From a virus (lineage: Duplodnaviria > Heunggongvirae > Uroviricota > Caudoviricetes), in IMG/VR virus record IMGVR_UViG_3300047320_000132, positions 3,101 through 67,100 of that record: a stretch of 64,000 nt of DNA; one strand, written 5' to 3'. The position numbers and the translations under genes were made by a program. Positions 19,174 through 28,919 of the stretch are shown in pieces (position 1 is the first letter of the stretch; every line of letters begins with the position of its first letter). The notes beneath the pieces are model-generated. The model was not told the DNA's origin. It ran no database searches and saw only the letters and a list, made by a program, of their open reading frames with translations.

Positions 19174-20274
19174 TTAATCACGTTGAAGAGCTGACCATAC
19201 GTCATTGCTTCTTCCGGTATGTGAATCTGTACCCGGGTCATACAGAGCTGCATCCATAACTGGGTTAGCTGCTTTCCATACTCCCTTCAGAGCAGAACCT
19301 GAAGTCTTGCCGACAGCCTTGGTAACTGCAACCGCCTGTGACTTTTCGCCAGCACCCATAATAGCTTGGGCATTCGTTTTAACACTTTTTATTGCTGCAT
19401 TTCCGACGGCTTTACCGGCGTCAATTGGAGTCTTTGCAACTCTGCCAGCTACGTAACCCGCCGCATAGCCAGGAGCACCAATAGTTTTGTTAACTACGTT
19501 CTTTGCACCGGCACTAACATTATTCATCGTATTAACGAATGAATTTGTTTTGATACCTTGAGTCGTTTCTGCAGCTTGCTTTTGAAGACTCGATCTTTCA
19601 CGTTGTTCACGAACCAGTTCACGAGCTTGCTTATATAGATTCGAGAAATTAGTAACGTCCTTCAGTTGGGCTTCTTTGAAAAGACCAACACCTGCGAGGT
19701 CACGATACTTTTGAACTGAGCCTGAAACAAGGACCGACAATTCTTTGAATTCCTGTTCGCTCGTTACACAAGCCAACTTATCCATCCACTTCTCATCCTT
19801 GCCAATAGCCTTAGCCGTCTTGACAAGAGTATCAGCAACAGTAATGCTTTCTATTTGTAGACGTTCAAGTGATTCTTTATTAGCGGAAGCTTCTTTTACG
19901 AAGTAAGTAATCTTTTCACCGAATTCCAGTTCACGCATTTGATATGCAGAAGCTGTCTTTTCGATACTTTTACTTTCAACGCTAATGGTTGCTGCCACTT
20001 TTTCCTGGAAGTTATCAGGAAGCGTAGCCGAAGCCATGACTTCAGCGTATTTTGCAAGTGGGAATTCTACCGTACGGTCTTCGCTCAACTGCAGTACTTT
20101 CAGATAAGCGATGTTGTTTGTTGATTCAACAGCACGCTTAACTTGTTCTTCATTAAGTTCATAAGCTGCCGCTTGTTTAGCCAAGCCAACGCTTAGTGGA
20201 ACTTTGTTATTTAGAAAATCTTCGACCGCGCTGATCGAAAGATCCCTAAGTTGTTCTGGCGAGATGTTTGCCAT
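19174..20274 (-). CDS. Internal head/core protein
   Basis: About 7 K-x-A motifs; lies in the head operon. Confidence 0.6.
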   Translation of the reverse strand: MANISPEQLRDLSISAVEDFLNNKVPLSVGLAKQAAAYELNEEQVKRAVESTNNIAYLKVLQLSEDRTVEFPLAKYAEVMASATLPDNFQEKVAATISVESKSIEKTASAYQMRELEFGEKITYFVKEASANKESLERLQIESITVADTLVKTAKAIGKDEKWMDKLACVTSEQEFKELSVLVSGSVQKYRDLAGVGLFKEAQLKDVTNFSNLYKQARELVREQRERSSLQKQAAETTQGIKTNSFVNTMNNVSAGAKNVVNKTIGAPGYAAGYVAGRVAKTPIDAGKAVGNAAIKSVKTNAQAIMGAGEKSQAVAVTKAVGKTSGSALKGVWKAANPVMDAALYDPGTDSHTGRSNDVWSALQRD

Positions 20275-20276
20275 GT

Positions 20277-20438
20277 TTATCCCTTGCGACCTTTTTTGGT
20301 CCCTTTAGTCATGTCTATTTTAGTCTTGAGACTCATGAAAGGCTTACTCTTTGGAGCCTTAAGGGGCTTCTGACCAGCTCTTACCTGAAGCTGGCCTCCT
20401 TTCTTTCTAGCAGCGATTTTCTCTAGGTATTTATTCAT
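20277..20438 (-). CDS. 53-aa highly basic NKYLEKIA-tagged peptide
   Basis: Manual translation MNKYLEKIAARKKGGQLQVRAGQKPLKAPKSKPFMSLKTKIDMTKGTKKGRKG; ATGA overlap with the upstream HNH gene; below the ORF-track cutoff. Confidence 0.75.
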   Translation of the reverse strand: MNKYLEKIAARKKGGQLQVRAGQKPLKAPKSKPFMSLKTKIDMTKGTKKGRKG

Positions 20439-20962
20439 AAAAGCTCTTCAATGAGTCTGTTCTTTTTCTGCATGTTTTCTTTTGCAGGGATAACACGTAG
20501 ATTGGTATGAACATGGAGCCCTGAAACCGTTTTACCTCTAAGCGGAACTATATGATCAACGTGGTGAGGTATGCCTGTTTTTTCACTAAGTTCTATACTC
20601 AATGCGTAAATTTCTCGTATCTTTTCAATATCTGCCCAAGGAGGGGTTCTATCCTTTATAAACTGTTTACGTCTCTTAGAGTATTCTTTAAAGTAGGCTT
20701 TATTATCATGATAATAATCTCGCCCTTTCTTCAAAACCTTCTCTTTGTTTCTATTTGCGTACCGGATTGCCCACTCACACGCTTTTGTAGGATTAGCCGT
20801 ATGAAATTTATCATTCGCAATTTTTCCGCATTCAAGACAAGTTCCCTTAGCTACATATCTTTCAGAAACATGCCCATTTTTGCAAGGCTTACCTGTGTAA
20901 TATTTAGTAAGCCCTTCCTCTTTAGCTTTCTTCCGAGTTATCAGGCTCATCTTCACTATCAT
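20435..20962 (-). CDS. Free-standing HNH endonuclease
   Basis: HHVDHIVPLRGKTVSGLHVHTNL; N-terminal YYTGKPCKNGH. Confidence 0.85.
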   Translation of the reverse strand: MIVKMSLITRKKAKEEGLTKYYTGKPCKNGHVSERYVAKGTCLECGKIANDKFHTANPTKACEWAIRYANRNKEKVLKKGRDYYHDNKAYFKEYSKRRKQFIKDRTPPWADIEKIREIYALSIELSEKTGIPHHVDHIVPLRGKTVSGLHVHTNLRVIPAKENMQKKNRLIEELL

Positions 20963-21647
20963 TTAGTTCCTGACTGACGTCTCTTACAGGTAAATTATTA
21001 AATTCAGAAATGTCAAATCCATCCAATGAAGTAAACCCGTCAAAATCGGGAATAACTTCTCTGATGGCAAGCTCAAGGTCTTTCTTAGCTGCACCTGAAT
21101 CAACTGTCCACAATTTAAGAAGTCTTGAAATATCGACACTTAATTTGACCCATTTTGTAGCTTCTTTGGATGCTTCTGCAACGTTACCGCTGAACATAGC
21201 CTCTTTACTTTTATACATGCAAGTAGTAAAGAGATCCACTAATCCATCCACTGGGGAAATTTGAATCTGTTTACCCATACGCCAAGCTATGAATTCAAGA
21301 CCCTGGCTTAGAGCCCAGAGTTTAAGGTTGGCTTCATTTTTATCACGAACATCTAGAAGCTCCATCTTACTTAATTTATCACATTCAGTTACATCGTAGA
21401 AAATAGCAGAATACATCCGAACTACTTCCACCGGAAGTTCTAGAATGTTGGAGATAGCTTCGAAATCATTGGTACATAGAAGGCTAGCTTCTACATACCC
21501 TTTTTTTAATTTCGATTCTTTAATAGGACACGCCTGTAAATAGGCGTCACGCTCAGGCCCTTCAACCCCCGAGAGAATTATATCTACAAGGGGGTCTACA
21601 TTCCGAACGTTGTTACGAATATGCAGCTCTCTCTGATTTGGTCTCAT
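20922..21647 (-). CDS. Hypothetical protein (late operon)
   Basis: Long co-oriented ORF. Confidence 0.65.
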   Translation of the reverse strand: MRPNQRELHIRNNVRNVDPLVDIILSGVEGPERDAYLQACPIKESKLKKGYVEASLLCTNDFEAISNILELPVEVVRMYSAIFYDVTECDKLSKMELLDVRDKNEANLKLWALSQGLEFIAWRMGKQIQISPVDGLVDLFTTCMYKSKEAMFSGNVAEASKEATKWVKLSVDISRLLKLWTVDSGAAKKDLELAIREVIPDFDGFTSLDGFDISEFNNLPVRDVSQELNDSEDEPDNSEES

Positions 21648-21656
21648 CGTTCATGG

Positions 21657-23612
21657 TTACTCTTTAACGGCTAATTGTTTTCCAGGACCTTCGGTGTCGA
21701 TAGAGTCAGCGGTAGCGGAGTATTCTTTAAGTTTCAGGTAATTATCACCTAGCAGACGATATACAGTCTTCAGGCCTGCAAGGAATGCATAAACCTGGTC
21801 TGCGTCGTTTGCTTCAGCAAGGCGACTAACGTGAACACGAGCCATGAACAAAGTACGGCCAAGTTTGTCAATGGCTTGTTCGATTTCCGGAAGATATTCT
21901 TCGATCAGCTCGAACATGTCAGGGGCTTGAAGCAATTCCGAGATAATGGTTGCTTCTGTTACCTGGGCGTCGTTAGTAGCCAGTGCATTCTGAATGTTAG
22001 GGATAAACTGACCATTAGGCTGATAAGCCCCGTTCATCGTAACTTCATCAGGATCAATACCAGTTTGATCCTCGTCACCATACTGAGGCATGTTACCGTC
22101 GTCTTGGGCATTCGTAAATCCAGCACGTTTAGTCATGTAAACCTTAACGAACTTGATTTCCTTAGCCTGCTTGACAAAGCTCGATGCCACTTCAGGATCG
22201 ATGCCTTCATCAACAACCAGACGTTTCATAACATTAGCTTCAGCGCCAGCACTCTTACCGTTAATAGCGAATTCAACACCATCGTAACCGATGTTCATTT
22301 CATCGCCGAGCCATTGAATGTCATGGATATGACGCTTACGACTTGCAGCATTAACGTTGACTTCCAGTTCGGAACTCAGATTCTTCTTAAGTTTGATAAC
22401 GATTGAGTTGAAAGGAATATAGATTTCCTTACGCTCGTACGTACCACAAACATTGATACTGCCTGGAACATTACGATAACCGAATAGAGTCAATGCGCCA
22501 TATCCAGAATCATATGATGAACCCTTTACTTCTACACCGTAGCTGCTCAGAGATACTCGGCTTACCGAAATCGGACCAAGGAATTCACCTGAATTTAGCA
22601 CGATGACAATTGTATCACCGCTCTCAACGTCTTTCAACATAAGGGGCGGATTGTAATCAAACATTGTTTTAAGAACGGTTCTACGATCAAGAGTTTCACC
22701 TACTGCGATAAAACCTTCATCCAGAGCGTAATCACCAGTTGTAAACAATGCCAGAGTCGAACGCGGTGCGTCGTAATCGCCACTCACACCTCTTGGGCGA
22801 GAGCCCAGAGTATACATTTTAGGAATGTATGCTTCACGAGACGTACCATTAGAAAGCATAATTTCAAAATCTCTATCTCCATCAAGATTTGTAACGTTAC
22901 GGAACGTACCTGAAGTATTGAAATTTTGCACTGCAACGGCAACACGCGCATAAGGCTGTTCGCCCGATACGTGATAACCGTCGTTCAGGATTGAGGAGAT
23001 CTGATCTTGGGTCATTGCCGGATTTGCATCCGTAACAACTGAAATAGGTACAGCATTAGTAACAGCGGCCAAGCTTTGCGGACGACTTTTCAGTACGTCG
23101 AAAATGGCCTTGAGTCCATACATTTCATCAAGGGAGTCATATACCGATTTTTCGGCAGCGATTTTCTCCATTGTTGCTTGTTTAAGATAGTCAGGCAATG
23201 CGGCCATGAACTCGGTCAGACGACTTGAGCTGGCGTAAACATGCTTGCCTGTACGCGGCGGATTAATCATGTCCGCAACGCTAGGATTACCAACGACAGT
23301 CTTAGGAATGTCAGTAGGCTTACCTTGGTCCATTTGGCTCGATGAGGTGACGAGCATGACCGTTTTCTTTGTCAGCGGGAAAAACCGCTTTTCCGAGTCA
23401 AAGAAGATAGAGTCGATAGGGTATACGTTATCGTTCTTTGAAACGACAGGGATGAAGAAGATTTCAGTACCGACTCTCAGTACGAAAACGCCGACCTGAA
23501 TACCAGTGTCATCTTGGAGTTCTTCAGAAACGTCCTTAAACGTGATAATGTAATTTCCTAGCTCCGGAACGGTTTGAAGCAGTTTTGCAAGAGCGATGTC
23601 GGAGAAATCCAT
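21657..23612 (-). CDS. Large putative virion structural/internal protein
   Basis: 651 aa with K-x-A motifs (LKQAT, EKIAA, TKRAG); TAAAATA upstream. Confidence 0.6.
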   Translation of the reverse strand: MDFSDIALAKLLQTVPELGNYIITFKDVSEELQDDTGIQVGVFVLRVGTEIFFIPVVSKNDNVYPIDSIFFDSEKRFFPLTKKTVMLVTSSSQMDQGKPTDIPKTVVGNPSVADMINPPRTGKHVYASSSRLTEFMAALPDYLKQATMEKIAAEKSVYDSLDEMYGLKAIFDVLKSRPQSLAAVTNAVPISVVTDANPAMTQDQISSILNDGYHVSGEQPYARVAVAVQNFNTSGTFRNVTNLDGDRDFEIMLSNGTSREAYIPKMYTLGSRPRGVSGDYDAPRSTLALFTTGDYALDEGFIAVGETLDRRTVLKTMFDYNPPLMLKDVESGDTIVIVLNSGEFLGPISVSRVSLSSYGVEVKGSSYDSGYGALTLFGYRNVPGSINVCGTYERKEIYIPFNSIVIKLKKNLSSELEVNVNAASRKRHIHDIQWLGDEMNIGYDGVEFAINGKSAGAEANVMKRLVVDEGIDPEVASSFVKQAKEIKFVKVYMTKRAGFTNAQDDGNMPQYGDEDQTGIDPDEVTMNGAYQPNGQFIPNIQNALATNDAQVTEATIISELLQAPDMFELIEEYLPEIEQAIDKLGRTLFMARVHVSRLAEANDADQVYAFLAGLKTVYRLLGDNYLKLKEYSATADSIDTEGPGKQLAVKE

Positions 23613-23689
23613 TTATAACAGTCCTTTGAAATTGAGCTTAATTATGCACGTATTTTAGCAGAATAAGCCATATTTAGTCTACGCTGATT

Positions 23690-24472
23690 TTAGCACCCAG
23701 GCGGATGCTGATTGTCGCCAGAAGCTATTGTAATAGCACCTGTACTTGTTGATCCTGGATTTGATACCACAACGCCACCTGATCCATTAGCCTTATTAAA
23801 GGCATCACCATAATAAATACTGGCTACATAGGTAGATGTCAAACTCCCATTGCCTCTATCTGTAGTAGCAAGTCCGATATACGCCTGAAACGTTGCTTCC
23901 ATGCGACTATTATACGTGAACTGCCCGATACTGAATTGATTTCCTGACTGTTTCACCGCTTTATACTTGGATTCCAGAACGACCAGACCAGCAAGGATCT
24001 GGTTTGAAACTGTAGCTGAGCCGTTGAACTTTACAGAAAGGCTTTCGCCTGGATTCACACACAGCACGGATACAAGGTCAGGCCTTGCTGTTTCAATAAG
24101 GCACTTACCCGTTTTCTGGGATGCGCCCTTAACCTGGTTCCAACCCATCGTTTGAAGAAGACCCCATGCTCTAAGACCTTGATCGACATTGACGGATTGT
24201 TGGCTGATACCCCTACCGATAATAGTTTGAACTGCGCTAGAGTTCATATAGTCTCTAGCACCTGACGAATTGATAACACTCAAGGCTGGACCTTGAGCAT
24301 TAACGTTGAAGTGACTTTCGTATTGGATTTGAGCCAATATCAGTTTAACGATGTCGGTCTCTTTCCCCAGTGTGTTCGCAAAATATTGGCTAAGGAGTTG
24401 AGAGATCGTAGTAGAGCAAATCTGTTTAATAGAGTTGTCTACTACTGGACCTGTAACTGCACCACTTGCCAT
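23690..24472 (-). CDS. Lytic transglycosylase/lysozyme-like (virion-associated) protein
   Basis: AQIQYESHFN (catalytic Glu) and AWGLLQTMG. Confidence 0.7.
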   Translation of the reverse strand: MASGAVTGPVVDNSIKQICSTTISQLLSQYFANTLGKETDIVKLILAQIQYESHFNVNAQGPALSVINSSGARDYMNSSAVQTIIGRGISQQSVNVDQGLRAWGLLQTMGWNQVKGASQKTGKCLIETARPDLVSVLCVNPGESLSVKFNGSATVSNQILAGLVVLESKYKAVKQSGNQFSIGQFTYNSRMEATFQAYIGLATTDRGNGSLTSTYVASIYYGDAFNKANGSGGVVVSNPGSTSTGAITIASGDNQHPPGC

Positions 24473-26310
24473 TAGTACTGTCCTCCTTCACCTTCGCCAA
24501 ATTCATTACCGATAATGTACGGAGTAATAGGCTCAGTGCTATGAAGATCAGACTCTGCACCAACTGCAGCGCTTTCACGAAGCGTATTCTTAAGACCGGA
24601 GAACGACAGTTTCGAAACCCAGTTATCGTCAAGCAATTTTGCAGTCTTAAGACCGGGAACGATAGGGATTACTTTCAGTCCGGTCGATGCTACTGGAACC
24701 TTTGTGACACCACGTTCACGCAATTCCTGGATGTGGTTACCGTCAAGCAGCGTACCTGCTGTAAGCTCATGCACGCCTTTGGCCAGAAGCTTACCTTCTG
24801 CGTTTTCGAGAGGCACGTCACCATGTGTATCAGAGAAATATTTACGAACCGTGTTTACATCAATCTTTTGACCGGGTAGGAAGCCAGTTTCACCTGGATC
24901 TACGACTTCAACGTGCTTGACCAGATTCTTTGCGATCATTTCAAAGTGACGAGGATCTAGATCTGAACCGTAAATACCACGAAGTTCATGACTCATATAA
25001 AGTCTTCCTGCTCCAAGGCCTTTAAGACCTACGAGCTTACGGGGATTGACAACGCCAGTAGAAAGCGAATCGCCTTTCAGAACCTTATCACCTACTGAAA
25101 CTTTTAGGTTTTGGATGCGCGGAACGAAATGGGACTGTTCATTAACAAATACCTGATGGTCACCAAGAGGAGTTTGCTTGATTAAAGAGACAGTTCCGTT
25201 AATACCCGAAATAGTAGCTTCGTCCTTGAAGTTTTCAGCCGGATTGCGCAGAAGATTAGAAGCCTGTTCATACGAATTGCCTTTACGAGCGCCTACCGAT
25301 GCTTTGTGCTTAGTTGCAAGCATAGACTGCGTAAGAACTTCTGACACAGATTGTGCTGCGATAACGCCGACGTTTTCGCCAATTTCAGCAGGTTTTCCAT
25401 TCCCCATAAGACCGTAGCATTTCTTGCAAACGCCTTGATGAGCTTCGCAGGTAAGAACACTACGAACCTTTATGCTCTTGGCTCCAGAGGCAACCTTTTC
25501 TTTGTAGTAAGCTTCGTCGATAAGCGTGTTAGTGCCAGCTTCATATCTACCGATAGCACCTTTTTTGTCGGATATCGGAAGAAGAATGCCATTGGTGGTT
25601 CCGCAATCATCAATAGTGATAACTTCGTGGAATACAGTTGGGGACAGTTCCTTAAATAGAGCGCCCGGTAGAGCCGTTGATAGTTGAGACAGAACCGTAG
25701 ATCCACGTCCCATGTACGACATCGCTATCAGTTCAGCTGGAGTCATACCTTGGGCAAAAGAATGCTTAATAACGAACGGTACTAGTTCGCCCTTCAAGTT
25801 AATCGACATAAGAGGCGTTGAAGTACCAGTTGCAAGCTGAGTAGGATTACCACGAGCACCCGTCTTGGCCATCTTTGCCGCAGTAGAGCCTCGTGACATA
25901 AGGTAGTCTATGTTCTGTTTTTCAATCTTCCCATTGTACTCTCCGGTTAGATTGCCAAGAGCTTCATTTTCTTCTTTTTTGGCTAGTTTCCTGGAGAAAA
26001 TCTGATCAACCTTTGTCTGAAATTCATCGATAATTGCCTGACGTTCATCAGATTCGTTGATGTAGTCAGTCAGAGGCGTGGTTGCACCAATCTCAGTAGC
26101 CTTGTTGAAGAACTTTTTACCAAGATCATTTATGGATTCGTGGGAATCAGGGCCGCCATGTTGCAATAGAAGATTCACAAGATCACTGATACCCCGTTTG
26201 TCAAGGGGTTTATATAGATCGAAGTGTTCTCTGGCTTCAGGCGTAGGCAACTCACTTTTCAGTTTGATAGCCCCAGGTGTAGTATATTTTTCAGTCATAG
26301 TGGTTGGCAA
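24472..26310 (-). CDS. rpoC: RNA polymerase beta-prime C-terminal part (bridge helix, Zn site, trigger loop)
   Basis: GARGN, SFAQGMT, DDCGT, RSVLTC...GVCKKCYG, GENVGVIAAQSVSEVLTQ. Confidence 0.9.
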   Translation of the reverse strand: MPTTMTEKYTTPGAIKLKSELPTPEAREHFDLYKPLDKRGISDLVNLLLQHGGPDSHESINDLGKKFFNKATEIGATTPLTDYINESDERQAIIDEFQTKVDQIFSRKLAKKEENEALGNLTGEYNGKIEKQNIDYLMSRGSTAAKMAKTGARGNPTQLATGTSTPLMSINLKGELVPFVIKHSFAQGMTPAELIAMSYMGRGSTVLSQLSTALPGALFKELSPTVFHEVITIDDCGTTNGILLPISDKKGAIGRYEAGTNTLIDEAYYKEKVASGAKSIKVRSVLTCEAHQGVCKKCYGLMGNGKPAEIGENVGVIAAQSVSEVLTQSMLATKHKASVGARKGNSYEQASNLLRNPAENFKDEATISGINGTVSLIKQTPLGDHQVFVNEQSHFVPRIQNLKVSVGDKVLKGDSLSTGVVNPRKLVGLKGLGAGRLYMSHELRGIYGSDLDPRHFEMIAKNLVKHVEVVDPGETGFLPGQKIDVNTVRKYFSDTHGDVPLENAEGKLLAKGVHELTAGTLLDGNHIQELRERGVTKVPVASTGLKVIPIVPGLKTAKLLDDNWVSKLSFSGLKNTLRESAAVGAESDLHSTEPITPYIIGNEFGEGEGGQY

Positions 26311-26332
26311 AAATTATTCCCTATTTTAGTGT

Positions 26333-26815
26333 TTACGGCATGTCAGGCCAGTATCTGTTGTTCTTGATAACGTTGACAGATTTAGACAATATAGTTAAGT
26401 TCTGTTCACAATGTAGGCCGCATACCAATTTTGACTGTAAGGGTACGATGTGATCTACTTGCCAAAATTCCCCAGACAGTTTAGACCACGTTTTTGCACG
26501 AAGGTAGTAATCCTCAACTACTTTGGTATTTATCCATTTGGGAGTTGCTTTTTTATGAACAGCTCGTCTTTTAGCGTTAGCTGCAGCAAATTTTTCAGGA
26601 TGCGCCTTTCTGTACTTTAAACTCTGAAGCCTATCTGAGAGAATTCTCAATTCTAAATTGTTAAGCCTGTATTTTTTGCTGTATGCCGCAGATTTATCTT
26701 TTCTAATTTCTTTCAAACAAATTTTGCAATAATACTCATAGCCGTCTTTTTGGGCTTTATTTTTGTTGAACGATTCAAAAGGCTTGCTTTCTTTGCATTT
26801 GGAACATATCTTCAT
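26333..26815 (-). CDS. Free-standing HNH endonuclease
   Basis: CSKC...CKIC; VDHIVPLQSKLVCGLHCEQNL. Confidence 0.85.
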   Translation of the reverse strand: MKICSKCKESKPFESFNKNKAQKDGYEYYCKICLKEIRKDKSAAYSKKYRLNNLELRILSDRLQSLKYRKAHPEKFAAANAKRRAVHKKATPKWINTKVVEDYYLRAKTWSKLSGEFWQVDHIVPLQSKLVCGLHCEQNLTILSKSVNVIKNNRYWPDMP

Positions 26816-26888
26816 ACCTACATATTACACTGAATCTTGGTATAAGAGAAGTATGGAAATAATATCCACCTCGTTTTAGGGAGTTATC

Positions 26889-27155
26889 ATGAATGGAGCT
26901 TGGCGTATCGAAATGATAGAAGTAGAACATGGTTGGGGTCCGAGACCGGATGGCTATATCTATTCTTTAAACAAGGAAGCACTTCAAGTCCACGTCAAAA
27001 GCCTGACGGATAAGAAGTGGAAAACCGTGACCATTGAAGCTGGTCCTGCGGAGTTTATCCCCATCTCGGCGGAACTTCACAAAGACCTGATGGAAACCGT
27101 GTGTATCACCACAGCTGTTGGCAAGAAAAAGGGCGATCTCACGATCGTAGGTTAA
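26889..27155 (+). CDS. Hypothetical protein (EHGWGPRPDG family)
   Basis: Promoter 26838, gggag SD. Confidence 0.7.
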   Translation: MNGAWRIEMIEVEHGWGPRPDGYIYSLNKEALQVHVKSLTDKKWKTVTIEAGPAEFIPISAELHKDLMETVCITTAVGKKKGDLTIVG

Positions 27156-27180
27156 TCGCAGCAAAACATAGGGGTGAGCT

Positions 27181-27522
27181 ATGTATGCGGTATATAGGAC
27201 TCAGATTGAAGAGTATCAACCTGGCTTTGGCTGGATCGACGATGGCTGTATTTACAGCACGGATCAGATCAAGTTGAAGACTGAAGTCGAACGTCGCCTT
27301 ACTTCCTGCTATCACAATCAGGAACGTGTCCGTGCAGGCACGTCTCAGATCGTAGTAGTTCACGAAACGTTTCTGCGTGACTTGAAAACCACGCCGGTTC
27401 TTTCGACCATGAAGGGAATGCACCCGGCTGACCTTGGCCCTCTCAAAGAGTATAAAGAGAAGGTAAAGCACGGCAAAGTTCCGGCTGCACAGTTTCAGCA
27501 TCTCAGCAATACCCGAGTATAA
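27181..27522 (+). CDS. Hypothetical protein, probable paralogue of the upstream gene
   Basis: Similar N-terminus (GFGWIDDGCIYS vs GWGPRPDGYIYS). Confidence 0.65.
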   Translation: MYAVYRTQIEEYQPGFGWIDDGCIYSTDQIKLKTEVERRLTSCYHNQERVRAGTSQIVVVHETFLRDLKTTPVLSTMKGMHPADLGPLKEYKEKVKHGKVPAAQFQHLSNTRV

Positions 27523-27654
27523 GAAGCAGGCTGTGAGACTAATAATCTCCAGCCTGTTTTTTTAAGTAAATTGAGAATCTGTTGGTATAACGTATGTAAA
27601 GCCCATTTACCTTTCTTTTACTTTTTTAGGTTAATGGAATTTCATTTTCTGTAA

Positions 27655-28851
27655 TTGGATTATAGTATGGCTTTTAGAAAACCTGCACCAACGCATAAAG
27701 ATGCACCTGAAATTGCTAAAGCCGTTCTTCCGGCTCCTGTAAATCCGCTAGCTGCAAATGTTAATCATTGGGTCCCCGTTCCTAAATTTCAAGCGGACTA
27801 TGAAAAACTTTGCAATGATATGCATTCGGAGATCAATAAGACTTTTAAAGAATCTGGATTTTCTTTTTACCTCAGACCTTTGTATAGATTTACAGATAAT
27901 CCGTCTGGTGTCAGCTACGTAGAAACTATTACATTTTCACTTGAAGTTTCTTATTATAGTTATGGAAAACAGCAAACTATAGAATTCATGAGTTTGATTA
28001 TCGACCATTTTAAGCTTGATACACTTACGGCTAGAATGAGTCATAACAACAACAGGATTGAATTTATGTTCAAAGGGACTAAAGTTGTACTTCATAATTT
28101 TGGCCCTGAATTCCGTGAACTGGGTTGCTACCCTGAAAACTATATCATTTCAATGCTCAACGGGTTTGAGGGCGAATTCCTTAAAGTGGTTCAGCATTTT
28201 ATTAGAAAGTTTGGTTTTGATGTTGACTACATGGGCCGTACTGAATTCATCCTTAAAGATGAAGACGAGGAATACAAGCGTTACCTCGTAAACACTAGTA
28301 ATATGGAAACTATCACTAAGCTTCTTGGCGCTTCAACTAAGAACTACGGAAGCTACGGATACTTCAGGTCTAGAATGGAGATAGCTCAATGGTTTATGGG
28401 TTCGAAATATATCAGTAAGTCTTCGTTTGATATTGATGAAGACAACAATTACGTCGGCCCTGCAGATTACTACGGATCTAGGCTGTTCAAGGAACTCGTC
28501 GAAATCATTCGGACGAAATATGCTGACCATAGACATACTCCCGAGAGTCTGCCTGAAACCATCCGTAAGTATCAAATGAAGCTTTGGCAGGAACGGAATC
28601 CGAATACGCATAAGGCAATGATCTCCGACTCCACAAACTTCAAAGAACTAAAAATGATCCGGGCCAAATACAACGACGATCTTATTACTGAAGTTACCGG
28701 CGTTACGGAACCGGAAGCAGTAGGTATCGTTAAGAAGGCATTTGAGAAACACATTTCTCAGAAAGAAGATTTCGCTTTCTTTGTTATGAGTTCTTCGGAT
28801 GAAACGATTCGTGAAAAACTGACTTCGTATCGTCAGAGCTTTGTAGCTTAA
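27655..28851 (+). CDS. Possible degenerate nucleotidyltransferase-family protein
   Basis: C-terminal FRSRMEIAQWFMGSKY and YNDDLITEVTGV resemble phage NTase proteins; no clear GDxD motif. Confidence 0.4.
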   Translation: MDYSMAFRKPAPTHKDAPEIAKAVLPAPVNPLAANVNHWVPVPKFQADYEKLCNDMHSEINKTFKESGFSFYLRPLYRFTDNPSGVSYVETITFSLEVSYYSYGKQQTIEFMSLIIDHFKLDTLTARMSHNNNRIEFMFKGTKVVLHNFGPEFRELGCYPENYIISMLNGFEGEFLKVVQHFIRKFGFDVDYMGRTEFILKDEDEEYKRYLVNTSNMETITKLLGASTKNYGSYGYFRSRMEIAQWFMGSKYISKSSFDIDEDNNYVGPADYYGSRLFKELVEIIRTKYADHRHTPESLPETIRKYQMKLWQERNPNTHKAMISDSTNFKELKMIRAKYNDDLITEVTGVTEPEAVGIVKKAFEKHISQKEDFAFFVMSSSDETIREKLTSYRQSFVA

Positions 28852-28919
28852 GTTTTAAAATAGTCTAGACGTGGTATAATGCGTCTAGGCTTTTTTTAGC
28901 TTTTCAAAGGCACTTTAGA

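Noticed and set aside
20435-26815. HNH genes as intron-encoded within RNAP or head genes
   Set aside because: Both lie between complete ORFs with their own starts and stops; no group I intron core or interrupted reading frame was recognised
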